NCBI RefSeq assembly: GCF_006345805.1
Contig: NC_043020.1
Span: 15,934,001-15,998,000 of the forward strand
Reading direction: 5' to 3'
From: Octopus sinensis
Taxonomy: Eukaryota
DNA: 64,000 nucleotides
Both the position numbers and the translations under genes were made by a program. The notes under the pieces are model-generated. The model saw only the letters and a program-made list of their open reading frames with translations. It searched no databases and was not told the DNA's origin. Of the stretch, positions 36,320 through 48,364 are shown in pieces; the stretch's first letter is position 1, and the number at the start of each line of letters is the position of its first letter.

Positions 36320-36660
36320 TATATACACACACATACATATATACAATTAATAAAAATCAGGAGAACAGAGATTTACACATCCAGGTTTTCTTATACAGTT
36401 AATCACATCTTTCCTTTGATGTGATTAACTATATAATAAAACCTGGATGTGTTAATCTCTGTTCTCTTGATTTTTATTAATTTATTATTTCTTCTCTGAT
36501 ACTGTGCAGTCTCTACAGAGACATTTGGATTTACCAAAGTGAGGATTTCCTAAGTAAAGTCAAGTCAACTAACTTGAGTTCATCTACATTCACTGAAGTT
36601 AGCCAGCATAGTTAATCAGTAACAGCAAACACGATACCTGCCAAGATTATATATATATCC
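35960..36660 (-). CDS. Two candidate micro-exons (36638-36660 GYIYNLG; 35960-35974 FLSW)
   Basis: taatag|GGA...AG|gtatcg and aaatttag|A...TG|gtaaga; phases chain into 35428-35464, but both are very short and embedded in microsatellite. Confidence 0.22.
36345..36482. repeat. Hairpin/foldback element (~65-bp arms)
   Basis: aattaataaaaatcaggagaacagaga...gttaatcacatc / gatgtgattaac...tctctgttctcttgatttttattaatt. Confidence 0.8.
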
Positions 36661-36713
36661 CTATTAACCAATTTTGGAAATTTACCTTTTAGATATATAT
36701 ATATATATATATA

Positions 36714-37190
36714 TCATCATCATCATCGTTTAGCGTCCGCTTTCCATGCTAGCATGGGTTGGACGGTTCAACTGGGATCTGGGAAGCCAGAAGGCTGCAC
36801 CAGGCAAAGTCTGATCTGGCAATGTTTCTACGGCTGGATGCCCTTCCTAATGCCAACCACTCTGTGAGTGTAGTGGGTGCTTTTTACATGCCACCGGCAC
36901 AGTTGCCAGACAAGGCTGGCAAACGGCCACGACTGGATGGTGCTTTTTATGTGCCACCGGCACGGGGGCCAGGCGAAGCTGGCAATGCCCACGATTGGAT
37001 GGTGCTTTTTACGTGCCACCAGCACGAGGCCAGTCGGGGCGGCACTAGCAACGGCCACATTCGGATGGTTCTCTTACGTACCACTGGCACTGATATCACA
37101 GCTGCAATTTCCATTGATGTTGATCGATTTCGACTTGGATTTTCACTTGCCTCAACAGGTCTTCACAAGTAGAGTTCTGTGTCCCATACA
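36714..37190 (-). mobile_element. SINE-like family C
   Basis: (cat)n cgtttagcgtccgc... with three internal ~60-bp repeats. Confidence 0.85.
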
Positions 37191-37784
37191 TAATAATAAT
37201 AATAATAATAATAATGATAATAATAATAATAATATAATAATAATAATAATAATAATAATATGAGGGACTATTATTCCAAACTTACAGGGAAAAATTCAAT
37301 TTAGAAATACTAAATCAAATTTCACAAAATATAATATATATATATATATATATAAATTAGAAAAAAAAACGCCTTTTATCAATTCAATAATGAAAAATTA
37401 AATTATACCATTTAGAAAAATTACATATTATAGAAAGATTAAATATAAGATAAAACCTATAATAATGATTAAGTAATTTGCAAAATAGTAAATAAAATGT
37501 ATATATAGCACGGACAATGTAAATTAGTCTTTCAAAAATGCAGAAAAATCATCAACTTCATTCAACATTCAGATTATTCTGTCAAATGTATTGCTTATTT
37601 ATTCAAATTGTTTCGAAATAATATATTATCTCATAGCTTTGAGATTTTCATAAGGTGACTGCTTATTTTTAGAATGACATTGTAGGGCAGGTGTGACAGG
37701 TTGTATCTGGCTGCTTTGAACATAAAACGGAGAATATTTTGGCAGGATAAGGCCAGTTTGAATATTAAAAAGTTAAACATTTAT

Positions 37785-38153
37785 TTATTCTTTTATTTGC
37801 TTCAGTCATTTTACTGCGGCCATGCTGGAGCACAGCCTTTAGTTAAACAAATCGACCCCAGTACTTATTCTATTGGTCTCTTTTGCTGAACTGCTAAGTT
37901 ACGGGGAAGTGAACACACCAACATTGGTTGTCAAGCGATGGTGGGGGGACAAACACAGACACACACACACACACATATATACATACATACATATATACGA
38001 CGGGCTTCTTTCAGTTTCCGTCTATCAAATCCACTCACAAGGTTTTGGTCGGCCCGAGGCTATTGTAGAAGACACTTGCCCAAGGTGCCACACAGTGGGA
38101 CTGAACCCGGAACCATGTGGTTGGTTAGCAAGCTACTTACCACACAGCCACTC
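37785..38153 (-). mobile_element. SINE family A
   Basis: Reverse complement of the family A consensus. Confidence 0.85.
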
Positions 38154-38534
38154 CGGCTAGATCGTGATTTCAATTCCTAGACCTGGTGGTGTGTTGTGTT
38201 CTTGAGCAACGCACTTCAGCTCACGTTGCCCTACGATAACTTAAACACCTGACACATGGCACAATGTCAAAAAGGGTCAAAATTTTCAGCTCTTGAAACT
38301 TCCACTTGTTCCCTAGCAAAATATTCTGCTGCATCAGGGAGCCAGTTGTAGTTTCAAGCAACGAAAATTCTGACACCATATTATGAATAAATGTTTGAGC
38401 AAAGTTAATGGTCTTTGTATGTTTGTCAGTGGCTAACTTATGTCTTCCACACTGCAGTCGCTTTAGTTTCAGCACACAATCTCAGACGGAAACACTTGCT
38501 ATGCAAGTACATCTCCATTATACATACAATTATG

Positions 38535-38865
38535 CTGAGACACCCTTTGGTCATGACTGACCATGGGATTGCACCTAGAAAGTTACCCTCCCAGGCCCAA
38601 GTCCGGGCAAGGTTGTTTATAGAAGACCAGCAGTCGCCCATGCATACCGGCCTCCCCTCTCCATGCCACCAGTGTTATCCAAGGGAAAGGCAAAGGCCGA
38701 TACAGCTTGGCACCTGTGATGTCGCAACTCATTTCTACAGCTGAGTGAAGTGGAGCAACGTGAAATAAAGTGTCTTGCTCAAGAACCCAACACGCAGCCC
38801 AGTCCGGGATTCAAACTCACAACCTCATGATCGTAAGCTCAATGCTCTAACCACTGAGCCATGCA
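38535..38865 (-). mobile_element. CORE-like tRNA SINE family D
   Basis: Reverse complement head tggctcagtggttagagc...gagtttgaatccc, followed by CORE-like cttgagcaagacactttatttcacgttgctccacttcactcagctgtagaaatgag. Confidence 0.8.
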
Positions 38866-38884
38866 CTATATATATATATATATA

Positions 38885-39094
38885 AAAACTTAAGTAATAC
38901 TTTATAATTAGGGTTCAGCAAAGATTTGCTTCACCACATACCGAAGTTTAGAAATAGCAGTCAAAAAACCTTAGCTATTTCTTCTACTTTAAAAAGAAGA
39001 AATAGCTAAAGTTTTTTGACTGCTATTTCTAAACTTTGGTATGTGGTGAAGCAAATCTTTGCTAAACCCTAATTATAAAGTATTACTTAAGCTT
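38885..39094. repeat. Near-perfect palindromic element (~100-bp arms)
   Basis: cttaagtaatactttataattaggg...ccacataccgaagtttagaaatagcagtc / gactgctatttctaaactttggtatgtgg...ccctaattataaagtattacttaag. Confidence 0.9.
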
Positions 39095-39533
39095 ACCATG
39101 AAATGGTCTTTTCCATGCCAAATTCTACTTGGTGAAATTACTGATTACTTCTTAATTAATTAATTTTACCCTTTGTTATTATATATAAACTTATGTGGAA
39201 ATTGATGCATGGTGTTCAATTAAATAATAATATAAATAATATATATGCGTATATGGGTACAGGATGTCACCAACTGTAAACAACATGAAGTACGAAAACA
39301 AGTGAGTTAAATACACAAATAACGAGAGAAAACAGGACAAGTAACACAAAGAAAAACCCTTCCTCAGCTGTCTACTCCTCATTTCGAGCATTCAACGACA
39401 ATATGAGTCTTCCAAGACAGTTGCTCCCATAACTTCCAAAATAAATTTTGGATTTTATGGGAACAAAAACAGGAAACCAAGCAATCAAGTTTTGAAATCA
39501 AACTTAGTGTTCTGAATTTTGTACTGAACAAAA

Positions 39534-39750
39534 ATGGCTGCTCCTACATTTGAAGCTTTTCTGGAAGAAATCTTGTTTGATTCTGACTCAGATGACAATT
39601 TTGAAGGATTTACTCAGATACCAATAATTAAATTATTCAAGGTGATGATGAGAATGTAGACTGGGCTTACAGTTATATTGAGAATGATGTACAGAGTGAA
39701 CACTATCATCCATGGCTGGCTGATTTAAGGAAAGTAATGACCCCAAAGAG
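39534..39750 (+). pseudogene. Possible degenerate piggyBac-like transposase N-terminus
   Basis: MAAPTFEAFLEEILFDSDSDDNFEGFT..., an acidic leader of the type seen in piggyBac transposases, then frameshifted. Confidence 0.3.
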
Positions 39751-40619
39751 GTACATTTCTGAGGGACAACTCTCATCTATTCCTTAATAAATTACATAAA
39801 AATAACATTCATCCATTCTTTTATTAGTACACATAAAATCAAGTCTGTACATGTAATACAATGAAACTTATAACAATTTTAAAACAGTAGATGTTCATGT
39901 CTTCTGTTCCCTCAAAAATAATGCAGGGGTAGGGAAAACTATTCTAGGGGCAAATCAGTGTGCTAAAGGTTAAACAGCTTTGTTGATGCTCTTTTTACAT
40001 GGCACCAGCACTGGTGAGGTTCCTTGTACTTTACAATACAAGAGAGTTCCCTCAACTGATTGGGAGAATAGTGTTGAGAAGTTAATGTACAACAGAAAGA
40101 AATAGGAACAGGTTTGTTGTGGGGGAGATTCATAACTATTTTGTATTTTACATGGGTGAGTGGGTAGGTGCTAGTATCGAGGTGGTTCCACAAGAAGAAA
40201 TAAATATGGTGGTAATGGAGTCTATCTTTGAGGTATGTGCTACACACACACATGCACAAACATCCATAAATCCAAATGTGTCTACAAACACAGACACACC
40301 CACATACTTACACACCCCCACACACATACATACAGAAGGTGTCTAATAAATACGTAATGACATCTGTAGAATTTCATGAAGAAAACCACCTGGCTGTCTG
40401 GGATGTAACAGCAGACATTAATAGTAATTCTGATAGATAGCAAATCAAGCAGAGTAGTGGGCGGATCTAATACGTACATTATCTGTATGTGTGTGTGTGT
40501 ATAAAGATGTGTGTCTAAATATGTGGTGTCTATATAACAATATGTTGTGTTTGTATGTAAATATGTTGTGTTTGTATGTAAATATAAATATATACATATA
40601 TATATATATAACAATTTTA

Positions 40620-40966
40620 CATGGACCCCTGTTGAGATAGGGGGCTCTGAAAGGGGTCTCAGGGAGTAGCATCCCTACCTTCCTGAGCTAGTTTTCCACC
40701 ACATTTCTTAAAAGTCGTAATAGAGGCCTTGGTCTTGGAACCACTCTTGTCTAGAAACTGAGGTTGGGAGCAAGCAAGGGCATGCACCCCATAGAAAATC
40801 CAGCTCCAAAAAAGCCTCCTGATAGCAAGGAAAAATGCTCAAAGGTTGGGGTGGGCTGCACCTGCCTGCCTCAGCTGCTATGACATTGAGGTAGATCAGG
40901 CCATCCCTGTTAACGGGGACAAAATCCAGATTTAAAACACTGGACGATGATGATGATGATGATGAT
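40620..40966 (+). mobile_element. Unclassified retroposon with (GAT)n tail
   Basis: GC-richer segment ending aaaacactggac(gat)n. Confidence 0.45.
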
Positions 40967-41119
40967 AACCACTAGTCTACGAAGAACACAGAATTTTCCT
41001 GCTTTTCAAAACACGAAGATATAGCTGTGATTTTTAGCTGGTATGCATATATAACTCACTCCTGGTAATCAACAGGTCAAGCTCCAGCAAGGAACTATTG
41101 TAAACACTGTAATAATCAA

Positions 41120-41760
41120 TTAACATCCGTTTTCAAATGCTAGCATGGGTTAGACAGTTTGGCGGGAATTGGCCAGCTGGAGAGCTGCTCAGGCTCCATT
41201 TGCTTTGACATGATTTCTATGGTTGGATGCCCTTCCTAAGACCAACCACTTTACAGCTTTTACGTGACAGCGGTACATGCACTTTTATGTGACACCAGCA
41301 TGGGCGCTTATATGTCGCATTGTCACAGGCATTTTTATGTGACACCAGCATGGGTGCTGATATGTGACACTTCCACATGTACTTTTATGTGACACCATCA
41401 CAGGTACTTTTACGTGACACTGGCACATGGCACCAGCATGGGTGCTTTTATGTGGCACTGCAGAGGCACTTTTAGTAACACTGGCACAGGTGCTTTTATG
41501 TGACACTGGCATGAGCCCTTTTATGTCACACAGGCACTTTTAAGTAGCACTGACATGGGTGATTTTATGTGGCACAGATGCTTTTACATGACACCAGCAC
41601 AGGCACTTATACATGCCACAGGCACGGGTGATTTTATGTGGCACCAGCATCCATGCGCCCACAAGACTAGGATCTCTTGCTGAGAGAGGGGTGCCTGTAT
41701 GCATAGATTACAATTTTACTTAGCTTGGTGAGTCTTCTCAAGCAGAGCAAACTGCCAAAT
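41120..41760 (-). mobile_element. Old family C copy with expanded internal ~24-bp tandem repeats
   Basis: taacatccgttttcaaatgctagcatgggttag...ggatgcccttcc, then many cttttatgtgacaccagca-like units at 41275-41650. Confidence 0.75.
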
Positions 41761-41901
41761 ATATGGCTTCCTTGAAAACTTCATTTTAATATGTGTAGTG
41801 TCTGTTAATGATTATAATATTCGTCACTGTGAAGTTGGCAACTTGGTATCACTTGTGTGACCAATGCAACACTGCATGACCAGCAATACTGAAACTACTA
41901 T

Positions 41902-42110
41902 AGGGCAGTGAGCTGGCAGAAACGTTAGCACACTGGGCAAAATGCTTAGCGGTATTTCATCTGTCTTTACAGTCTGAGTTCAAATTCCACCGAGGTTGAC
42001 TTTGCCATTCATCCTTTCAGGGTCAATAAATTAAGAACCAGTTGCATACCGAGGTCAATCTAATCAACTGGCCCCCTTCCAAAAAATTTCGAGCCTTATG
42101 CCTAGGGTAG
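41902..42110 (+). mobile_element. SINE family B
   Basis: gggcagtgagctggcagaaacgttagc...tcatcctttcagggtcaataaattaag. Confidence 0.85.
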
Positions 42111-42259
42111 AAAAGAATATTGAAACTACTATTAACGGCAAGTTTGACTCCACAAGAAATCCAACACAGTACTTTAAGACATTTTACTCTAAGATATTGC
42201 AACCCAGCAAACATGGGAGGCCATCTCAATTATCACATGCTATTCCAACTCAGCAGAGC

Positions 42260-42895
42260 ACAACAGTCCAAATGAGCACCATGAAGAATCCAGCTGAGAA
42301 CCATGGACAGTCAAAATGATCACCATTGAGAGTCCAAGCAGTACCATGGATTGCCAAGCTGAGCACCTTGGAATGTATAGCTAATCATCATGGAGAGTCT
42401 AATTGAGCATCATGGAGTGACCAGTTGAGCACCACAGAGATTTCGACTGAGCACAATGGAGAGTCCAACTGAGCACCATGGAGAGTCCAGCTGAGCACCA
42501 TGGAGCACTCAGTCAAGAACCACGGAGCACCCAGTCAAACATCATGGAAAGTCCAGCTGAGCACCATGGAGTATCCAACTGTGAACCATGGAGAGTCCAG
42601 CTGAGCACCATGGAGTGTCCAACTGTGAACCATGGAGAGTCCAGCCGAGCACCATGGAGAGTCCAGCTGAGCACCATGGAACATCTGGCTGAGCACCATA
42701 GAGAGTCAAACTTGAGCGTCCAGCTAAGCACCATTGACAGCTCAAGTGAGCACCATGTAGCATCTGGCTGAGCACCATAGAGCACTCAGTCAAGAATCAT
42801 TGAGCACCCAGCCAGACATCAAGGAGAGTCCAACTGAGCACCATGAAGAGTGCAGCTCTGTACCATGGAGAGTCTGGCTGAGCACCATGGAGGGT
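42260..42895. repeat. Degenerate 22-bp minisatellite (GGAGAGTCCAGCTGAGCACCAT)
   Basis: Repeated ctgagcaccatggagagtccag; 22 is not a multiple of 3, so the overlapping ORFs cycle through frames. Confidence 0.9.
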
Positions 42896-43160
42896 CAAAC
42901 TTATACAAAAGATGAACCGATGAGTACAACAAACAAACTCCAACTGAACATGGCAAGTCATACACCAATCATTCATCAATATAACAGCTGCTACTGCTTC
43001 TAGCAGTGAATTATAGTGTGGCCACTCTGCACCTACTTGGAGCCATGTAGACTGAGCTATGCAGAGCTAATTACTAAGACAATCATAGACATGAAGCAGA
43101 GCAGCTGAAAGGATGCGAGTGACTTTCGTCTTGGTTACAGTTAACAGCAAAATTCCTTAC

Positions 43161-43200
43161 CAACCACCCATCAGTCAATTTACATAAAACTATGCTCATT
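43161..43200 (-). CDS. Candidate coding exon (MSIVLCKLTDGWL)
   Basis: ctttagtag|A ATG... TTG|gtaagg; the only open frame; could carry the start codon. Confidence 0.3.
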
Positions 43201-43410
43201 CTACTAAAGCCAAGAAATTGCATCTAAATTACTGTGTCATTCGGACCTCAGGAGACAATATAACTGGGAAAATATGTGTGGATTTACAGATATTCTAGCA
43301 GCAAAATTATCATGGGAAATGTTTATCTACAGTCTCCTTATCAGCTCTAGTGTCGGAATAAACAAGCAGATAGATGATGAAACAAGGGAAAGAAATAGTT
43401 AGAGGTGACG

Positions 43411-43444
<34 letters not shown>

Positions 43445-43689
43445 TTCTCCGCTATCGCACTGCTTTTGATGTCTGTCTCCGGTTGAATGATACAAACATC
43501 AATAAAACATGTTCGTCGCAAACGACATTTTCTCAGAATCGAGTTTGCTTCAAGACAACATGGCTAAATGTTCATTCTGATTGTTGGCGGCAACATATAA
43601 AAATATCTTTGATCACTGCTTTTATGTGTGTCAAAGGGGAATGGGAGTGTAAATGTAGATGTGTGAGTGTGTGTTTAAATATACATATA

Positions 43690-44176
43690 TATACATACAC
43701 ATACAAACACATATGTAAATATATATTTATATATATATATATATATATATATGTACATATATATATAGATATACATATATATAGTACATATATATATATA
43801 TAGATATACATATATATATGTACATATATATATAGATTTACATATATATATATGTACATATATATATAGATTTACATATATAATGTACATATTATATAGA
43901 TTTACATATATTATATGTACATATATATATAGATTTACATATATATATATATGTATATATATATAGATTTACATATATATATGTACTATATATATAGATT
44001 TACATATATATATATGTACATATATATATAGATTTACATATATATATATATATATATATATAGATATACATATGATGATATATTATATATATATATATAT
44101 ATAATGAATGTACATATTATATATATATTGTAAACACACACATGCATATATATATATATATATGTAAACACACACA

Positions 44177-44215
<39 letters not shown>

Positions 44216-44420
44216 CATGTAAACACATAATATATATATATGTACACATATATATACACACACATTTATATATATATATACGTGTAGATATATATATATT
44301 TATATTATTATTATATATATGTGTGTGTGTGTAGATACATACATACACACACACACCACACACATATTTACATATATATATATATATAAATATAGATATA
44401 TTAAAGACACCTACCATTTT
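43690..44420. repeat. (TA)n-rich compound micro/minisatellite
   Basis: Units such as tatatatagatttacatatatatatgtaca. Confidence 0.9.
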
Positions 44421-44759
44421 AAGAGCCACTGATGACCATTATATGTACAAATGTGTATACATCTGAAGATCATTAATAAAAATTGTATATATACTCATGT
44501 TTTTAGTTATATTTTCCTACTTGCATCACCAAACCTAAATATCAGTGTTTGTGTGTGTGTGTGTATATATATATACACACACACACACATACATATATAT
44601 ACACATAAATTTAGATATATATGTATATATATACTTATATGTGTATGTGTGAACATATATATACATGTAGATATACATATAAATATATACATAAATACAT
44701 ATACATACATATGTAGTTATAAATATATATATATATATATATATACATAGATACATATA

Positions 44760-44927
44760 TCATCATCATCATCATCGTTTAACATCCGTTTTCCGAGCTA
44801 GCATGGGTTGGATGGTCAACCAGGGTCTGGGAAGCCAGGAGGCTGCACCAGGCTCCAGTCTGATCTGGCAGAGTTTCTACAGCTGGATGCCCTTCCTAAC
44901 GCCAACCACTCCGTGAGTGTAGTGGGT
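44760..44927 (-). mobile_element. Family C 3' fragment
   Basis: (cat)n cgtttaacatccg...ggatgcccttcctaacgccaaccactccgtgagtgtagtgg. Confidence 0.85.
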
Positions 44928-44958
44928 AAACATAAACATACATAAATACATATATACA

Positions 44959-45470
44959 TATCTGTAAATATAATATGTGATATTTGTTCAGTAGCCATGA
45001 TAAAACTCCGAGTTTCGGATGTTGGGGCGGAAACTCACGCTGACATCTCTTCAGTTATTGGGCCATCGGAAAAAATGCTATGGAAATGACCATTAAACAA
45101 ATGGAAATTACTGTGTGATTGACTGTTATCAAGACAAAAGAGCCATTAGAATGACCCCTAAGGGGAGGGAGTAAAGGTAAGGGAGTATGTGGGTGTGCAG
45201 GTGTGCAAGTGTATGTATGGACATGCGTGCTTATGCGATTGCTATGAACATTTTTGCTCCCTTCCCTTACTTAGCAGTCATTCAAATAGCTCTTTTGTAA
45301 TAACGGTCAATCATACAGTAATTTCCCTTCGTTTAACAGTCATTTCGATAGCATTTTTTCCGAAGACCCAATAACTGAAGAGATACCGGCGTGGGTTTCC
45401 GCCCCGACATCCGAAACTCAGAGTTTTATCATGGCTACCGAATAATTGTCACATATTATATTTACAGATA
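44959..45470. mobile_element. MITE/foldback element with ~190-bp TIRs
   Basis: atctgtaaatataatatgtga..gtagccatgataaaactc..tcggatgttggggcggaaac / gtttccgccccgacatccga..gagttttatcatggctac..tcacatattatatttacagat. Confidence 0.85.
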
Positions 45471-46075
45471 AATTCCTCTATTTACATAATATCAAGGTCT
45501 CTTTCATTCTTTTGTTGTCTTACCATTTCTATCAATATACACATACATATATATATATTTTTTTTCTTTACTGCCCACAAGGGGCTAAACATAGAGGGGA
45601 CAAACAAGGACAGACAAAGGGATTAAGTCGTTTACATCGACCCCAGTGCGAAACTGGTACTTTATTTATCGACCCTGAAAGGATGAAAGGCAAAGTCGAC
45701 CTCGTCGGAATTTGAACTCAGAACGTAACGGTAGATGAAATATGGCTACGCATTTCGCCCGGCGTGCTAACGTTTCCAACACTTAACCAATGTGCCATGC
45801 AGTGGGACTGAACCCAAAACCAAGAGCTTGGGAAGCAAGCATCTTACCATACAGCCACACCTGATTATCTATGCTTTTGTCTAGAGCTATTTATTCCATT
45901 TTTTTTTAGTTTTATCTTCATTTATTTTTAATGTTTACAATCTACATTTCCTACACATACTCCAGGCAGGCTTCTTTGGTTCTCACCTCTGACCTTGTTT
46001 TTTTTCAATCTAAGCCATATATTCTATTTATTTTTCAAAATGAACAAACTTTAAATTGTATGTGCATATGTATAG

Positions 46076-46655
46076 ACTGTGTGGTAAATAGCTTGCTTAT
46101 GAACCACATGGTTCCGGGTTCAGTCCCACTGCATGGCACTAGGGCAAGTGTCATCTACTATAGACTCGGGCTGACCAAAGCCTTGTGAGTGGATTTGGGA
46201 GATGGAAACTGAAAGAAGCCCGTCGTATATATGTATATATGTGTGTGCGTATATGTTTGTGCGTCTGCGTTTGTCCCACAACATCGCTTGACAACTGATG
46301 CTGGTGTGTTTATGTTCTCGTAACTTAGCGGTTCGACAAAAGAGACCGATAGAATAAGTACTAGGCTTACAAAGAATAAGTCCTGGGGGTCGATTTGCTC
46401 AACTAAAGGCAGTGATCCAGCATGGCCAAAGTCAGATGACTGAAACAAGTAAAAGAGTATACAAATGAATGGCACACACACATACTGGTGTGTTTATGTC
46501 CTCGTAACTTAGCGGTTCAGCAAAAGAGACCTGTAGAATAAGTACCAGGCTTACAAAGAATAAGTCTTGGGGTCGATTTGCTCGACTGAAGGTGGTGCCC
46601 CATCATGGACACAGTCAAATGACTGAAACAAATAAAAGATTTAAAGAGTATGTAG
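46076..46655 (+). mobile_element. SINE family A plus tandem duplicated 3' half
   Basis: 3' segment ctggtgtgtttatg..cttagcggttc..agaataagt..gggtcgatttgctc occurs at ~46282 and ~46485. Confidence 0.85.
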
Positions 46656-46731
46656 TGTGCATGTATGCATGCATGTGGGTGTGCATTCTTTTCTTTTCCC
46701 CACTGAAGTTTTTGCATCCAACTGTTTACAC

Positions 46732-46958
46732 CATTGCTTCCCAAAGTGGGTGATAATGCCCACAGGTGGTCGATTTCAAATTACAGGTGAGCGATGGACA
46801 AATTACAAGTGAGCGATGGACAAATTACAGGTGAGCAATGGGCAAATTACAGGTGAGCGATGGGCAAATTACAGGTGAGCGATGGGCAAATTACAGGTGA
46901 GCGATGGACAAATTACAGGTGAGCAATGGACAAATTACAGGTGGGCGATGGGCAAATT
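46732..46958 (+). mobile_element. hAT-like terminus with eight 22-bp subterminal tandem repeats
   Basis: cattgcttcccaaagtggg TIR-like start; CAAATTACAGGTGAGCGATGG(A/G) x8 at 46777-46952. Confidence 0.6.
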
Positions 46959-47779
46959 TCTAGAAAATCCTTCGTGAAAAAGAACTTTTAGAAATTAAGT
47001 CTGCATTTATTTATACGTAGGCATGCCTAGAATAAGGATGTACTTTTATCAATTTGACTACTCACATGAGACGTCACTTTGTATTAAAAAAGCAGACTTG
47101 TTTATTGATCGAATATTTTTGTCACACAGTCATTGAGATGGGTGTCATATGTGCTAAAATAGCAGCCAAATAGGCCTAGACCTTAAATCATGCTCCACCA
47201 CAATTTTTTTTTTAAGCATAATTGTATGCATGTGTAGAATACATGTGTAGAATACAAATTTGTAAAAATTTTCTGCAAACTCTGAAAAATAAAAAAATTA
47301 TGAGTGGTTATATGTTGTGCGTAATTCTGTGGTTTCATATCAAAACACAAGTGCTATTTTCAGGATGTTGACAAAATGTGCAGTCACGCACAAAATGACA
47401 GCTTTGAAATCGTGTTACTTGAATTGATGAAAATGATCAAACTTTAAACCGCTATGACATTCTAAAAACATTTTTCTGGAAAAAGTTGAATAACTCCAAC
47501 AATTTAGCTTGGAAAGGTATATTAATGTGCCAAATTTTAAAATTTTCAATAAACTTTAATGTTTGAAATGCTGGCAGCCAAACGAACTAGATTCATCTTT
47601 GCTCCAGTAAAGATGTGTCATCTGACTCTGCTCTATCAACTTCTCTTTGTGAATACCATAATGCTTTTCTGATGCCATCCATAGAAATTCGTTTTCATAT
47701 TTTCACTTTACTGATACCTTCAGTCAAGAAAATTTGTTGACAGTACAGTAGTGATTATTTATCATTTAGATTTATTCCC

Positions 47780-48050
47780 TCTCCATTGCTTGGCACACTG
47801 GCAGCATTTAGTAGCAAAAAAATATGAACGGTAGGTTGAACGATGCACTACAGTTAGTTATTGAGACTGTGAACAAATTGAAATCTAGTCCCTTGTCAGA
47901 TTGAATTTTCTGTCAACTCTATCTGAGAAATGATGAGGACTATACCAAACTCCTATACCATACTGAAGTGTGGTGCCTATCAAAATGAAACTGTGTTTTA
48001 CGCTTTGTTGAACTGTTTCATATAATTATATCTTTCTTTGAAGATATTCC
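47780..48050 (+). pseudogene. hAT (Buster/Charlie-type) transposase fragment
   Basis: HCLAHWQHLVAK..LNDALQLVIETVNKLKS..NDEDYTKLLYHTEVWCLSK*NCVLRFVELF, resembling the HC..H and HTEVRWLS motifs. Confidence 0.8.
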
Positions 48051-48059
48051 ACTAACCAA

Positions 48060-48345
48060 CAATTGTGGCAAAATTTGTGCCTCACTTGCTCACCTATGAT
48101 CAAAAGCAGTCATGACTGAACGCATGCCATGATCTGAAAGAACAGTTGGAAATTGAGCTGGGCCTTTATTTGAAGGTCATCTCTGGTGATGAAAGCTGGC
48201 ACTATGGAATTTGCAGATGTGGAAGAGGTGAAGAAAAGACGATGGAGACACTAAAAGGCATCACTTTGCAAGAATTTGAACACTGCTTCAAATAGTGGAA
48301 AACATTTCTGGACCAGAGCATTGCTTCAAATGGAGAATTTTAGGT
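48060..48345 (+). pseudogene. Internally deleted mariner transposase remnant
   Basis: FVPHLLTYDQK ... KVISGDESW ... F(A)DVEEVK ... EFEHCFK*WK. Confidence 0.65.
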
Positions 48346-48364
48346 TGTGAAGTATGAAATCTGT

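Noticed and set aside
35420-36402. Long I/Y/C/V/H/T-rich ORFs (up to 245 aa), likewise at 30.2-32.0, 43.4-44.8 and 57.7-58.3 kb
   Set aside because: They are translations of (TA)/(CA)/(TG) microsatellites, which lack stop codons.
39375-39425. Second hammerhead-like motif on the minus strand (ggaaga..gctcgaaa)
   Set aside because: The CUGANGA core is not intact and the stems could not be drawn convincingly.
42478-42979. Repeat-protein ORFs (MESPAEHHG...)
   Set aside because: A 22-bp period cycles through all frames; open on both strands; no splice context.
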